DNA of 64,000 bases from Euryarchaeota archaeon UBA91 (GCA_002499705.1 DAMU01000036.1:7314-71313); one strand, 5' to 3'. Shown: positions 9,511 to 20,585, counted from the first letter of the stretch. A program made the numbers and translations. Notes: generated by a model not told the origin, from the sequence alone.

Positions 9511-12500
9511 ATGGAACAAAAAACTGGCACACAAAGCACTGCGCCGGCAGCACCGTTGGGATGGCTTATTGCCCCCCTAGCAGTCCTGCTCGCTATCGCA
9601 GCCATCAAGCTCGTCGGAGTAGACTTCGAGCTCAACGTAGACAACATGACGCCGATGATATTCGTCATCGTCGCAAGTATCTTTGGACTTCTTCCATCGA
9701 TGCTAAACCAATCCGAATCTGCATCATTCTCAAAGGCCACTCTCTCCCTCTCAACATTGGCCGTTGCTCTTGTTGGTGCAGAAATTATCTATCTCCAAGG
9801 CTACGGTGCATTCACAGGTCTTCTGTTCGCTCTGGTTACCTTCGGCGTTCATTTCATGGCCAGTCGTGGACGATATGAACTCGCTTCGATTTTCATCTTC
9901 ACCGCCGTTGGAATCAATGTAGGAATCATCATGGCAGGAGATGCTCTTGCGACTCTTCCCGAGATTTACAACATGGCAGGAGTTGACGAACAACCGAGTT
10001 ATGTCTCGACTTTTAATCTGAAGAATCAAGCTGTGGGCTATCAGTTCTTTTCGTATCTGACTTTATTTATTTTGCTTGGCGCTCTTGTTGCCACCTTTGC
10101 TCGTGGTCAATTGACGCCTGTTAGCGAACAAGGCTGGTTCAGTTTCATGAACGCTGACACTTCATCATTCATCAACAAAAAGAACCTACCATTGCAAGTT
10201 GCTCTCGCAGTTTGGGCACTCGCTCACATCGCAAGCCTCTGGCATTACGACAGTGTTACTGTTGCTGATCAATTGGGAATCAACACCGTTGAAGGCTATC
10301 ATGGCTACTTCAGTTACTGGTCAGCGTTCTTCACCGGCATGGTTGCGCTTATCGTAGCAGGCATGTTTGCTGAACGCTGGCATACCCGTGCAATGACGCT
10401 TTCATCCATGTGGTTGTTGTATCAAGTCTCGACTTGGTATGATGCAGGAATGTTCGAAGTGGCAATGTTGGAAAACAACTGGGGAAGCCTCATCTGGCTT
10501 GGTGCAACGTTCTTTATTGGCGTTGGCATTTACTCGATTTCGACTCATGAATCGTGGGGCGGTTGGGTAAACCGTGAAGACCATGAATACTCTGGTGCTC
10601 GATTGTTCTGGAATCAAAACTGGGCCAGTGTTATGATTGGCTTGGCATTCTTCTTTGGATTGGTGATACGAACACAATGGTATCTCGTTCCTTCAATGAA
10701 TGCTTATGGCACTGGAAACTGGGACATGACCGGCGGTTCTGACCCGTGGTACATGAAGCGTGTTGTCGACTATATCCTTGCGAACAATGCACACATGATA
10801 TTTGATGCAGACCGGTTCTACCCAGTCGGTGGAATCAATCCTCGACCTCCAATCTTCACATGGTCAATCGCAGTCTTGGCTATGATTCTTGAACCGTTCT
10901 TCGACAACGGTGATGCAGTTTGGTGGGCGATTTTGTCTCTACCTGCAATTTACGGAGCACTCACCATCTTCCCTGTTGCTGCTATTGCACGAGAACATAT
11001 CAACGACAAAGCAGCAGTTATTGCTGCTTGGCTGATTGCTTTCATGCCTGCTCACGTGAGCCACACAACATGGGCTCTTGCTGACCACGACGCATTCATC
11101 ATGCTTTTCCTCACACTCGGATTCATGTTCTGGTTGCGAGCGGTCAAGTACGCAGGAACCGAGCGATTGCTACGTTCTTCATCAGCGACCCCTGCTGCGT
11201 TTATTGCGGCTATTTCTGCTGTTCTGACTCAACGAAAGGCTGCCTTTGCATCTGCTGTTTTAGCAGGTGTAAGTTTTGGTGTTGTCTCTCTTGGTTGGAA
11301 AGGTTTCGTAGTTGGCCCATCGATTTTATTCTTGGCTTACGCAGCTCAAGTTTCGATCAACATGTTCCGCCGTCGTGATTCAACAACACTCAATGTATTG
11401 TTCTTGACGATGCTTTCCGTCAATTTCTTGATGGCATTGCCGTTCTACGGCCACCCACAAATCAATCTGGTTCTTGACGGCACCGGCCTTCAACCGTTCT
11501 TGTTCATCTTTGTGTTCACATTGGCTATCAGCTTTGTAACGACCGGATTCCGAGACAAACCTTGGTTGCTTATTTTAGGTGTTCTCGCAACTTCTGGTGC
11601 TGTATTCTTCCTCGCATTGTGGCTTCTCAAGCAAGCAAATATTTCCAATGCTTGGGATGTCTTGTTCACAGGCAGTGGTTACTTTACCAAGACCAAGATT
11701 TTCGGAACAGTTGCAGAAGCAAACGCACCGAACAGAGGGCAACTCTTTGCGCAGTTCGGACCAATTACGTTTGTTCTCTCCCTGATTATGGGAGTTCTCT
11801 GCATCTGGTCTGCTCTTCGTGAACGTAAGCAAACCAATCTTGTATTCGGAATTTGGATTCTGGCAGCTTCCTTCATGGCTTGGACTGCGGCCCGATTCAT
11901 GTTCAATGCTACACCAGCCATCGCCGTTCTCGGTGCATGGGGAATTGTATCCCTTTGGAAGTGGGCTAATTGGGGTGGACTTGTCAAGACATGGAAGAAA
12001 CTCGGCATTCGTTCTCCTGAAGACCGAATCCGTGGAGCTCGTGTAGCTGTTTGGCGCACGCCGTCATTCTCAGCCATCATGCTTGTCATGATTATGCTGT
12101 TTGGTCAACAATTCACATACGGCCTTGATGCTGCTATCCCTGGCAGTAACAATGCAGAAGATGATATTGACGAAACCATTTACAACATCATTCCTGACGC
12201 TTTCCGTTGGGAAATTGGTGGCTTCTCACTGCTCGATGACAGTAATTACGACGGAAACTGGTATCTCGGTTCATTCGGGTCTGGTTTCAATGATAACGGT
12301 TGGAATACTGCGTATCAGTGGCTTGCATCTCAAGATACCGATATGAGTTATTCTCAACGTCCGGCATTCGTGTCATGGTGGGACTACGGTTTCCAAGCGC
12401 TCGATACCGGTGAACACCCATCTGTTTCCGATAACTTCCAGTCCGGAATCCCTGCAACTGGTAACATGTTGCTGGCTCGAAGCCAAGAGGACTTAGTCTC

Positions 12501-15500
12501 GATGTTTATCTGGCAACTAGGTCAAGGTGACATTGAATACAATCAAGCCCGAAATGGTGAAACAGCCTTTACTTCAGGATACAGTAACATCGTTGGCAAG
12601 TACCTCGTCGAAACTCAACAAATGGAACTCTTTACGACCATGTCAACAAGCGTCGACCATGATGAAATGATTGCGTTGGCAGAACTCAACAGTTTCCGAG
12701 TCTTCCAAACCAACGACGATGTTGTCCTTGCAGAAGGTTATCACCACACGAATGGAGTGTTTGACAAGTCAACACCTTACTGGCGTGTCTATGAAGACGG
12801 AGAACGCATGCTCTGTACAGAAGCACTCTCTCAAACCTGTGTTGATGGCGACTGGTCGGAATTGTTTGAAGCGAACCGAACATTCAACAACAATATTCGA
12901 ACTGGTGCAGACAACATTTACGACACCACACATTACATCATTGGAGATTATTGGTATACTGCTGATCTCATCGAAGAGTACGACTCGGTTGGAACCAACA
13001 TCCATCGTAAGAATACCCGTCTCTCGTTGACTGTGCAATTGCTTTCTCAGTCTCTCGAATCTCATCAAATCATCGACATGTATGACGATTTGATTAACCT
13101 TGAAGGCTATTATTCGGTCCAAGATTATGACGGAGCGCCAGGAGAAACGATTGACCGTGACCATGAAATCCGTTACTTCGCAATTGACAACCGATTGTAC
13201 CCTCGTGCAGGACGTTATACTGAAGACATGAATTACAACCAAGGACAGCCAATGGGTATCTTTGGTGCACCTACTATCTTGAGTGGTCAAGATGTTTCCA
13301 CTTACATGGATGAGGTCTACGAAACAATGCGTGGAGAGTTCCCTGATGAAATGACACGTGAAGAAGTTGACCTCGCGATTACGGAAGATTTCCTTAATCA
13401 ACAATCCGGTGCGGACATTGATCCATTACAGGTTCAAGACGTTCGTGTTGACCACAACGCTGCATTCTTCGACACTATGCTTGCTCGAGCATACGTGGGA
13501 TACGGGGCATCATCACTCGGTGTTGATGCAGGTTCATCCAATCCACAACCTGCACAACACTTTGGACAATCTGGAAGTCCGGGCAGTATATTGACTCAAG
13601 CGCTTCCATTACCAGGTGCAATGCAAAATCACTTTGTAATCGCGAACTGGTATACTGCTGAGGAGAACAGTTCAGTAACCGCTGAGCAGCAATCCACTGG
13701 AATCGCTTCAACAAACACACTTGTCAAGATTCTCAAGTATTACTCTGGTGCAGAAATTTCTGGCCAAGTGACAATGAGCGACAATGGGCAAGGCTTGCCT
13801 GGTGTTCGAATTCTGATTGAGCGTGATGCTTTCTCAGGCGAGGGTATTGAAGACCTTGACCCGGACACCTATTGGGTCCCAATCGGCTATACTGATGCTG
13901 ATGATGAGGGGAAGTGGTCTTTTGATGCTCCAGCTGGACGCATCCGTGTGAGCGCTTTTGCAGGTGATTACAATCCAACCACCGCTCAGGATAACATCCG
14001 TACTGGTGCTTTCTCTCAAGGATTAGGCGATATTTTGACGGTAACGAATGATGACCGCCAAATTAACGACATCACCGCTATTCTCGGTGAAGTTGCCAAC
14101 ATGAGTTGGCTTGGCGAATACCAGCACAACATCACAGCTCAACAAGCAGACAGGTTCGTCGATGTCCCTACTTCGTTTGACATCGCTGTCGAAAGCAGCG
14201 GTGTGTCAGGTCAAGTAACTTGGAGCGGGCACGAATCCTTCGACGGTGATGCTCTGGTCAGTACCGACTTCATTTTGCGTAACATCTGGTCCATGACTGA
14301 AAATTACACATTGACAACTACCAACGGTTCGTTCTCTTCTGATGACAGTCGAATCCTCCAAGGAACTGGTGAAGTGACATTTACCGAAAATGGAACCTTT
14401 GAAAGTGAAGGTGTAGCCTTTGCAGATGATTTCACTGGAACATTCACACGTTCTATTGCTGACGGTCGAGTTTACACAAGTAACGGAACCTGGAACGGCA
14501 AAGGTACACTTGAAGCATCTTGGATAAACTCTGAGAGCGTTGCTTCTTGTCTTGACAATGAAACTGCTCCAATGCCTGAAAATGAGTCGATATGTCTTCA
14601 AGACGCATCCGCCTCTCCACAGATTTACCTCTTAGACGGAGAAGTTGAAGCGAACGGAAGAATCACTTCTGATGGAATTTCCACCTTGGTTACCGAGCAC
14701 GTAGGTGACTCGTTTGAAGCGACTGGTTCGTTTGAAGGAACAGGAACTCTCAACGGCACCGGTCTCTTTGTCGGTGCTGGTGATTTCTCTGGGCCAATGG
14801 TCCAAGCAGGTTCATTCTACATCACCGGATTGATTCCTGGTGTTTACAACATGATTGCTCAGTTGGATAACGGCAAGGAAGTCTTGCTTCCAGATCCAGT
14901 GAATGTCGGAATTTCACCAACTTATGATTTGGAAATGAACATGCCAGGTTCAATCTTTGAGGACACTCTCGACGATTTCTTTGATGAACCGTTTGCAAAC
15001 GAGACTATTGAATTGGTTGATGTGGACCTTGGACTTTCAGAAGTAATCGAAATCCTCACTGATGAATTCGGTAATTTCTCGTATGGCCCAATTTCTGCAG
15101 GTGAATATTATTACAGAGTCGATGTTGATAACGATGGCTGGTATGAATTGAATGAAACATTCGTCGCTGGTGATTCCTCAGAGAACTTCACATTAGCCAT
15201 GAGTGTTCCTGAGATGCACGATATCTCTCTGCAACTCACTTCTCCTGTAGACCCACTTACACAAGAGCCATACGCTGATGTGACGGGTAGAGTCGTGACC
15301 TTCACGAATGATGATCCATTGTTCGGTCCACTGAACGCAACATCTGATGAAACTGGTCTTGTTTACATCGAATTGCCGATGGGAGCCTACACTATTTCTG
15401 ACGAAACTGGAGACGACTATATTCTGTTCGACTACGTTTCGCTTGAGACTGAAGACTTGTCGATTTCAAGTGCATACGCAATCGGAACATGGGTAAACGG

Positions 15501-18500
15501 AACTATCCGCGTCGCTGATGGCGGATTGTTCAACAATGATTTGACCTACGATGATTGGTCAGAACAAGATGACAGCATCAAATTCGACCAAAGCCAACCA
15601 GCATCTGGTCTTGATGTCTTCTTCATCTCCGATGACTTGTCATTCTCGGCCGTTGTTGAAACAGACGGAAACTACAGTATTCGACTACCGAGTGGTAATG
15701 ATTTCCACATGACGACCTTTAGTATCGCATCTCAGATGTCTGGAGGTCAATTGATTGAACTTACCGGTGATGCTGAAATGGATATGGGTCTTATGTATCT
15801 CAAGCCAACGACCGGGGTAACTGGTTTCGTATTCCTATACGATAATACATCCCTCTGGGATGGTCTAGCACCTGGTTACGAAAGTTCTCAAGAAGTCGTG
15901 GCAACCGATGCCGATGGACTTGAATGGAGGTCGCCAATCACAGATACTGGTGAATTCATCTTTAACTTGCAATACGGTGAATGGGATTTCACTGTTGATG
16001 TGGAAGCACTGAATTCTACTGATGTTGTCAATTACAACATCCTCAGTGAGTCTGATGCTATGCCAACACCTGTTGAACTGTTTGTCAACCCTGACTTTAT
16101 CACCATTGAACTCAATATATTCATGGATGCTGGAGCAGATGGCGTATTTGCCAATGGGACTGCTGTGAGCCCGTCTTTCACACTCATGCCGCTTAATGAC
16201 CATGGTCAACAGCACAACTACACTGCTGCAGACTATACTTCTGCGGGCAACATAACTGTTGTCTTAGAGCCTGGAATCTACTCTCTCCAACTCAATTCGA
16301 CAAACCCAGAGGATAGTAATGCGTCGGATTATGCGCTTCTCGGAGCAAATGTGTTTGACCCAATTATTGTAGGGCTTGAAGCATATGAAGAAGCAGTTCC
16401 ATTCCCACTACGTAACGAATACTTGGTGACTGGAGAACTGTTGAACAACAGCGGTGGTGCAGTAGAGAAGCAATTCTTGCTTCGAAATGAAGCCGACGAT
16501 CTGTGGTTTAACATGGCATCAGATGAGAACGGCAGTTTCGCCTCCTACGTTACAGCTGGTGATTGGGTTGCAATTGTTGCTCCATTCATAGCAGATAATG
16601 ACAGTACTGAAACTCTACGCTATCCGTTTACTGTTGGCCCAGATTCATCCGTTCGATACAATTTGTCCTTGACTTCACAAGATGTCATTGAAATGAATTT
16701 CCAACTGCAAGAATCGGACACTGATTCCAACATGTCCGGAATACGTGTTACTTTGGTTAGCCATGACGGGTTTGGCAATGTGACTCTGTCGAAATCCGAT
16801 GATAGCGGAAATGTATCAGAAGAAATAATGCCAGGTAACTGGAGCCTCTTCCTCAACGAAACAGCTCCACAGCGTCATTGGTCACTTGAATACGGACCGT
16901 TCCATACTGACAGTGCTGTCGATGGAGTTCTTGATATCGGAATCATCAATGCAGAACTGGAAGTTGAAATTGGCGGAAAGGTCTTCTGGGATCTTGACGA
17001 CAACGATATTCCAGGTGGAACAGAGGGTGTTGCAAACACAACAGTCTCCGTTGTTGGAATGAATAATTCACAAATTGATACGAATGTGACTACCGATGAA
17101 TTCGGTGTTTGGTCCTTGTTTGTCCCTATTGACGATGAATACCAAGTCACTGTGAGTAAAGAAGGTTTCAGCACCGAGGTTTACAACATCTCGAACTCAA
17201 GTGCTTACCCTGTCTATTCAGAACCCGAATCATATGATATTGAAATGACTGCTGGAAACGTTGTCGTTTCTGGCAATGTTACTGACATTAACGATGCGAG
17301 CCGATTGAACGGCTCCACAGTCGTTCTCTATCCTTCCAGTGGTATGGCAGGAGATATCCAAAATGTTACCCCAGTCTTTGAAAATAATCAACTGACATGG
17401 TCTGCGGTTATTGCACCAGGTGAATGGATTGTTGTTGTGACACAAGCAGATGCTGGTGAAAACGGCGGCGGTGTTGCTGTTGGATTACTTGACGCAAGTA
17501 TTTCCGACGGTGCAACACTCGACCTTGAAATGTCACTTGGTGGATGGATTGATTTGACAACCTCCTGGACAGACATCAACTTGAACGACCACCATGCAGG
17601 TTCCGGAGATACCAACGGCTCGGCTCTCTTGAATGAGTCCGTATCTGTGACCTTTGGAATTGGTTCTGATATTGAATGGGATATGCCAGTCGGAAATGAC
17701 GGAACCATCAGTATCTTGATGCCTGCTGAAGAAATCGAAATGGATTCATCCTTCGTAACTATTCAGCATGACCTCAATTTAGAAATGAACTACATTGGTG
17801 GTGCAGTGACACTTGTTGCTGAGGGCCGTTCTCCAGTCGCTCTTTCATACACACGCAGTATCAATTCAGATACTTCAATCACCATGGTGGAAAACAGCAT
17901 AGTGAACGCAACTGTTGTCGCTGATTCTGACCTTTCCTTTGTGGCAATTGAAGAAGAAGAAGCCTACAAGGCAATTGAGTTCGACTTGAACATCCAGTAT
18001 GACGGCACAGAAACAACTCAAGTGTTTGATGTCGCAGGTCAAATTGGAATCGCACCTGATGAAGCAGATTGGAACATTGAATTCTGGGATGGAACGAATT
18101 TCGTTGAATCCCACAACGTTACACTCGGAATCGGTGAAGATTTGAATGATACCAGTGTTGAATCATCAACTGTTCTTCGGGTGAGAATTCTTGCGCCGAA
18201 CCAGTCTGATGCATGGCATCTTGAAGAGCCTCATACTCTCAAGGTTCGATTGAGTACTGATTCTACACCTTCAAGTGAGATTGCCGTATCTGTTCAGGTA
18301 CCTCAGATCTATGCATTTGAGTTCTCTGATGTCCCAACTGTTGTTGGTCTCGACAACGCAGGAAGCCAGACATTTGGCTTTGATTTGACGAATTTGGGTA
18401 ACGGTGACGATACGTTTACTATTGAACTTGCAGACAACATCCCTGAAGGTTGGGAAATCACTCCGATGCAATCGGTTATGACCATCACCAAAGATGTGAC

Positions 18501-19086
18501 GCGCTCGCAATTGTTCACGATATTTTCAGCGACTGATTTCACTGAAGGAACAAAGACGGTAACTGTAACTGTTACCAGTTCCAACGGATTGCTTTCTGAT
18601 ACCTTTGATGTCGACATTATTCCATTGAGTATCCGGCTTGACATCGATCAAGGTGACATCATTACGCTTTCAGGTTCAACCGCAGATACACAAAATCAAC
18701 TGGTTATTCCAGTCACCAACCTTGGTTTGATGGCAACGGATAATGTTGAAGTTTCAGCAAAGATTGTTGACGGTAAGTCACTTGGCACAGTTACGATTTC
18801 GCTTGATGCAGAATCAACAACAAATGCGAACTTCACTGTCTCCGCTGCGGACTCAGGAAGCACAGTTCGATTTGAAGTAACTGTAGAAGTTGTTGGTGAT
18901 GACAGCAATAAGGTGACTCAGGAAATCGGTGCAGACAAGATGATTGATTTCAGTGTTGAATACTACATTGACGAAACCACTGAGGAGTCTCCTTGGTTTA
19001 CACTCGTTATCTTCGTCATCGGTGCTCTTGTAGTCTACGGTGGTGTTCGATTAGCCCGAAGCCGCTCTTCATCGACTCGATTCTGA
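9511..19086 (+). CDS. aglB: Giant oligosaccharyltransferase (AglB/STT3) with N-terminal extra TM module, long beta-rich/carboxypeptidase-regulatory-like extension and C-terminal TM anchor
   Basis: STT3 motifs GSDPWYMKR, FYPVGGINPRPP, ADHD, TVAEANAP and SWWDYG (12376-12390); later repeats such as TDEFGNFSY and TTDEFGVWSL; C-terminal hydrophobic helix followed by RLARSR. Start ATG 9511 (MEQKTG) preferred over GTG 9454. Confidence 0.88.
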   Translation: MEQKTGTQSTAPAAPLGWLIAPLAVLLAIAAIKLVGVDFELNVDNMTPMIFVIVASIFGLLPSMLNQSESASFSKATLSLSTLAVALVGAEIIYLQGYGAFTGLLFALVTFGVHFMASRGRYELASIFIFTAVGINVGIIMAGDALATLPEIYNMAGVDEQPSYVSTFNLKNQAVGYQFFSYLTLFILLGALVATFARGQLTPVSEQGWFSFMNADTSSFINKKNLPLQVALAVWALAHIASLWHYDSVTVADQLGINTVEGYHGYFSYWSAFFTGMVALIVAGMFAERWHTRAMTLSSMWLLYQVSTWYDAGMFEVAMLENNWGSLIWLGATFFIGVGIYSISTHESWGGWVNREDHEYSGARLFWNQNWASVMIGLAFFFGLVIRTQWYLVPSMNAYGTGNWDMTGGSDPWYMKRVVDYILANNAHMIFDADRFYPVGGINPRPPIFTWSIAVLAMILEPFFDNGDAVWWAILSLPAIYGALTIFPVAAIAREHINDKAAVIAAWLIAFMPAHVSHTTWALADHDAFIMLFLTLGFMFWLRAVKYAGTERLLRSSSATPAAFIAAISAVLTQRKAAFASAVLAGVSFGVVSLGWKGFVVGPSILFLAYAAQVSINMFRRRDSTTLNVLFLTMLSVNFLMALPFYGHPQINLVLDGTGLQPFLFIFVFTLAISFVTTGFRDKPWLLILGVLATSGAVFFLALWLLKQANISNAWDVLFTGSGYFTKTKIFGTVAEANAPNRGQLFAQFGPITFVLSLIMGVLCIWSALRERKQTNLVFGIWILAASFMAWTAARFMFNATPAIAVLGAWGIVSLWKWANWGGLVKTWKKLGIRSPEDRIRGARVAVWRTPSFSAIMLVMIMLFGQQFTYGLDAAIPGSNNAEDDIDETIYNIIPDAFRWEIGGFSLLDDSNYDGNWYLGSFGSGFNDNGWNTAYQWLASQDTDMSYSQRPAFVSWWDYGFQALDTGEHPSVSDNFQSGIPATGNMLLARSQEDLVSMFIWQLGQGDIEYNQARNGETAFTSGYSNIVGKYLVETQQMELFTTMSTSVDHDEMIALAELNSFRVFQTNDDVVLAEGYHHTNGVFDKSTPYWRVYEDGERMLCTEALSQTCVDGDWSELFEANRTFNNNIRTGADNIYDTTHYIIGDYWYTADLIEEYDSVGTNIHRKNTRLSLTVQLLSQSLESHQIIDMYDDLINLEGYYSVQDYDGAPGETIDRDHEIRYFAIDNRLYPRAGRYTEDMNYNQGQPMGIFGAPTILSGQDVSTYMDEVYETMRGEFPDEMTREEVDLAITEDFLNQQSGADIDPLQVQDVRVDHNAAFFDTMLARAYVGYGASSLGVDAGSSNPQPAQHFGQSGSPGSILTQALPLPGAMQNHFVIANWYTAEENSSVTAEQQSTGIASTNTLVKILKYYSGAEISGQVTMSDNGQGLPGVRILIERDAFSGEGIEDLDPDTYWVPIGYTDADDEGKWSFDAPAGRIRVSAFAGDYNPTTAQDNIRTGAFSQGLGDILTVTNDDRQINDITAILGEVANMSWLGEYQHNITAQQADRFVDVPTSFDIAVESSGVSGQVTWSGHESFDGDALVSTDFILRNIWSMTENYTLTTTNGSFSSDDSRILQGTGEVTFTENGTFESEGVAFADDFTGTFTRSIADGRVYTSNGTWNGKGTLEASWINSESVASCLDNETAPMPENESICLQDASASPQIYLLDGEVEANGRITSDGISTLVTEHVGDSFEATGSFEGTGTLNGTGLFVGAGDFSGPMVQAGSFYITGLIPGVYNMIAQLDNGKEVLLPDPVNVGISPTYDLEMNMPGSIFEDTLDDFFDEPFANETIELVDVDLGLSEVIEILTDEFGNFSYGPISAGEYYYRVDVDNDGWYELNETFVAGDSSENFTLAMSVPEMHDISLQLTSPVDPLTQEPYADVTGRVVTFTNDDPLFGPLNATSDETGLVYIELPMGAYTISDETGDDYILFDYVSLETEDLSISSAYAIGTWVNGTIRVADGGLFNNDLTYDDWSEQDDSIKFDQSQPASGLDVFFISDDLSFSAVVETDGNYSIRLPSGNDFHMTTFSIASQMSGGQLIELTGDAEMDMGLMYLKPTTGVTGFVFLYDNTSLWDGLAPGYESSQEVVATDADGLEWRSPITDTGEFIFNLQYGEWDFTVDVEALNSTDVVNYNILSESDAMPTPVELFVNPDFITIELNIFMDAGADGVFANGTAVSPSFTLMPLNDHGQQHNYTAADYTSAGNITVVLEPGIYSLQLNSTNPEDSNASDYALLGANVFDPIIVGLEAYEEAVPFPLRNEYLVTGELLNNSGGAVEKQFLLRNEADDLWFNMASDENGSFASYVTAGDWVAIVAPFIADNDSTETLRYPFTVGPDSSVRYNLSLTSQDVIEMNFQLQESDTDSNMSGIRVTLVSHDGFGNVTLSKSDDSGNVSEEIMPGNWSLFLNETAPQRHWSLEYGPFHTDSAVDGVLDIGIINAELEVEIGGKVFWDLDDNDIPGGTEGVANTTVSVVGMNNSQIDTNVTTDEFGVWSLFVPIDDEYQVTVSKEGFSTEVYNISNSSAYPVYSEPESYDIEMTAGNVVVSGNVTDINDASRLNGSTVVLYPSSGMAGDIQNVTPVFENNQLTWSAVIAPGEWIVVVTQADAGENGGGVAVGLLDASISDGATLDLEMSLGGWIDLTTSWTDINLNDHHAGSGDTNGSALLNESVSVTFGIGSDIEWDMPVGNDGTISILMPAEEIEMDSSFVTIQHDLNLEMNYIGGAVTLVAEGRSPVALSYTRSINSDTSITMVENSIVNATVVADSDLSFVAIEEEEAYKAIEFDLNIQYDGTETTQVFDVAGQIGIAPDEADWNIEFWDGTNFVESHNVTLGIGEDLNDTSVESSTVLRVRILAPNQSDAWHLEEPHTLKVRLSTDSTPSSEIAVSVQVPQIYAFEFSDVPTVVGLDNAGSQTFGFDLTNLGNGDDTFTIELADNIPEGWEITPMQSVMTITKDVTRSQLFTIFSATDFTEGTKTVTVTVTSSNGLLSDTFDVDIIPLSIRLDIDQGDIITLSGSTADTQNQLVIPVTNLGLMATDNVEVSAKIVDGKSLGTVTISLDAESTTNANFTVSAADSGSTVRFEVTVEVVGDDSNKVTQEIGADKMIDFSVEYYIDETTEESPWFTLVIFVIGALVVYGGVRLARSRSSSTRF

Positions 19087-19162
19087 TTCAAGAAACAGAC
19101 AACACATTATAGCCAAAGATTCGCAAGGATTTTTGCTGCTGTGATGCTGTAGGGGTGAAGAA

Positions 19163-20383
19163 GTGAGTGATTTAGATAATTTCGAATTACTTCCTGAACC
19201 CGAAGATTCTCGAATTCTCTCGGCGATTGACCCTTCTGCGGTTGGCTTTCAAGATGGCTGGAGAGCAGAGGTTACTGGTTGGGCACCGTATGAGGCAACC
19301 CCAGTTCCGCGTGTACGCCGAAAGAGGCTGCTTGCCACCAATGGAGTCTTTTTTGCTGTGATTGCCGTCATATTACTGGTAGTATGGAATTCAGGACTTT
19401 TGTTCATCGAACTCTCACCGCCAAAATCCGAATGGGCTTTTGAACAATCGCAATTCGATGAGTTTTCAGAAACTGGACTGAGTGGCGATGGTGTTCGAGT
19501 TTGCATGGTTGACACTGGTATCGATTTGAGTCACCCTGCTTTTTCAGGCATCGAGGTCACATTCAAGGATATGATTGGAAATTCTGATTCTCCTCTCGAT
19601 TATGGATATGTGGCACATGGAACGCTCATGGCAGGCATTTTGGTTTCAGGAGAACACCAGATGGGCATTGCTCCAAACATCACCTTGGCTGTCGTTGCTG
19701 CACTCGGAGCTGATGATGAAAATATGAACAGCGGTTCAGAGGACACTGTGGCGAGTGCAATCTTATGGTGTCAAGATGAATTCCAAGCCGATATCATCTC
19801 ACTATCGCTCGGAGGTGAGCAACAAGTTCAGATGGAGACAGAAGGCTCGAGCGTTTCTGCAGTGCGACGTGCAGTCGATTCAGGGATATTTGTCGTTGCA
19901 GCTGCTGGAAACGACGGTGGGAGTGGAGATGATGGGCTGGTGTCCGTCCCGGGTAATGTACCTCGAGTCATCACCGTTGGTGCATCGACCCAAGAACAAA
20001 CAGTTTGGGTCAATTCTTCATCGGGCTCCCAAACCCTCTCTGACGGCACTCTTCGTCAAAGTCCGCATCTAAAACCCGAGGTCATCGCACCAGGTGAGAA
20101 CATAATCAGCACTGGTTCTGGCGACCGCTGGTATTCCAGCAGCGGTACTTCAGACTCGACAGTATTTGTGACCGGAGCCCTTTCGCTCATTCTTGAGGCA
20201 TACCCGTCCTTCAAGCCAACTTCGGATTCAAATGGCGATTGTATTGATCTTGTCAAGAACTCGTTGAAGGATACTTCACTCCGATATCAACTTACAGTGG
20301 AACATGACAATCGCTGGGGCTATGGTCAACTTCAAGCCTTTGATTGGTTCCAAGACTTGGCAGGACAATCTGCGAATTGCTGA
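19163..20383 (+). CDS. Membrane-anchored subtilisin-like serine peptidase (S8)
   Basis: Catalytic D (MVDTGID), H (AHGTLMAG), oxyanion N (AAGNDG), S (SGTSDS); KPEVIAPG; N-terminal RRKR + TM helix. Confidence 0.88.
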   Translation: MSDLDNFELLPEPEDSRILSAIDPSAVGFQDGWRAEVTGWAPYEATPVPRVRRKRLLATNGVFFAVIAVILLVVWNSGLLFIELSPPKSEWAFEQSQFDEFSETGLSGDGVRVCMVDTGIDLSHPAFSGIEVTFKDMIGNSDSPLDYGYVAHGTLMAGILVSGEHQMGIAPNITLAVVAALGADDENMNSGSEDTVASAILWCQDEFQADIISLSLGGEQQVQMETEGSSVSAVRRAVDSGIFVVAAAGNDGGSGDDGLVSVPGNVPRVITVGASTQEQTVWVNSSSGSQTLSDGTLRQSPHLKPEVIAPGENIISTGSGDRWYSSSGTSDSTVFVTGALSLILEAYPSFKPTSDSNGDCIDLVKNSLKDTSLRYQLTVEHDNRWGYGQLQAFDWFQDLAGQSANC

Positions 20384-20585
20384 ACGGCAATTTGTCTTTC
20401 ATCCACTATGAACGGCTTACTTCGTTTGATTTTTTGGAAATCATGACTACTGTTATCTTGATATTATTAGTTGAGATTGATACATTAACACTCGTTTTTA
20501 CGATATTCTTGGCCGTTTTTGATATTCTTAAACGGGCAATTGAGGCGCAGTATTATATTCGAGGGAGAGATGGGAGAAAGGAGAG

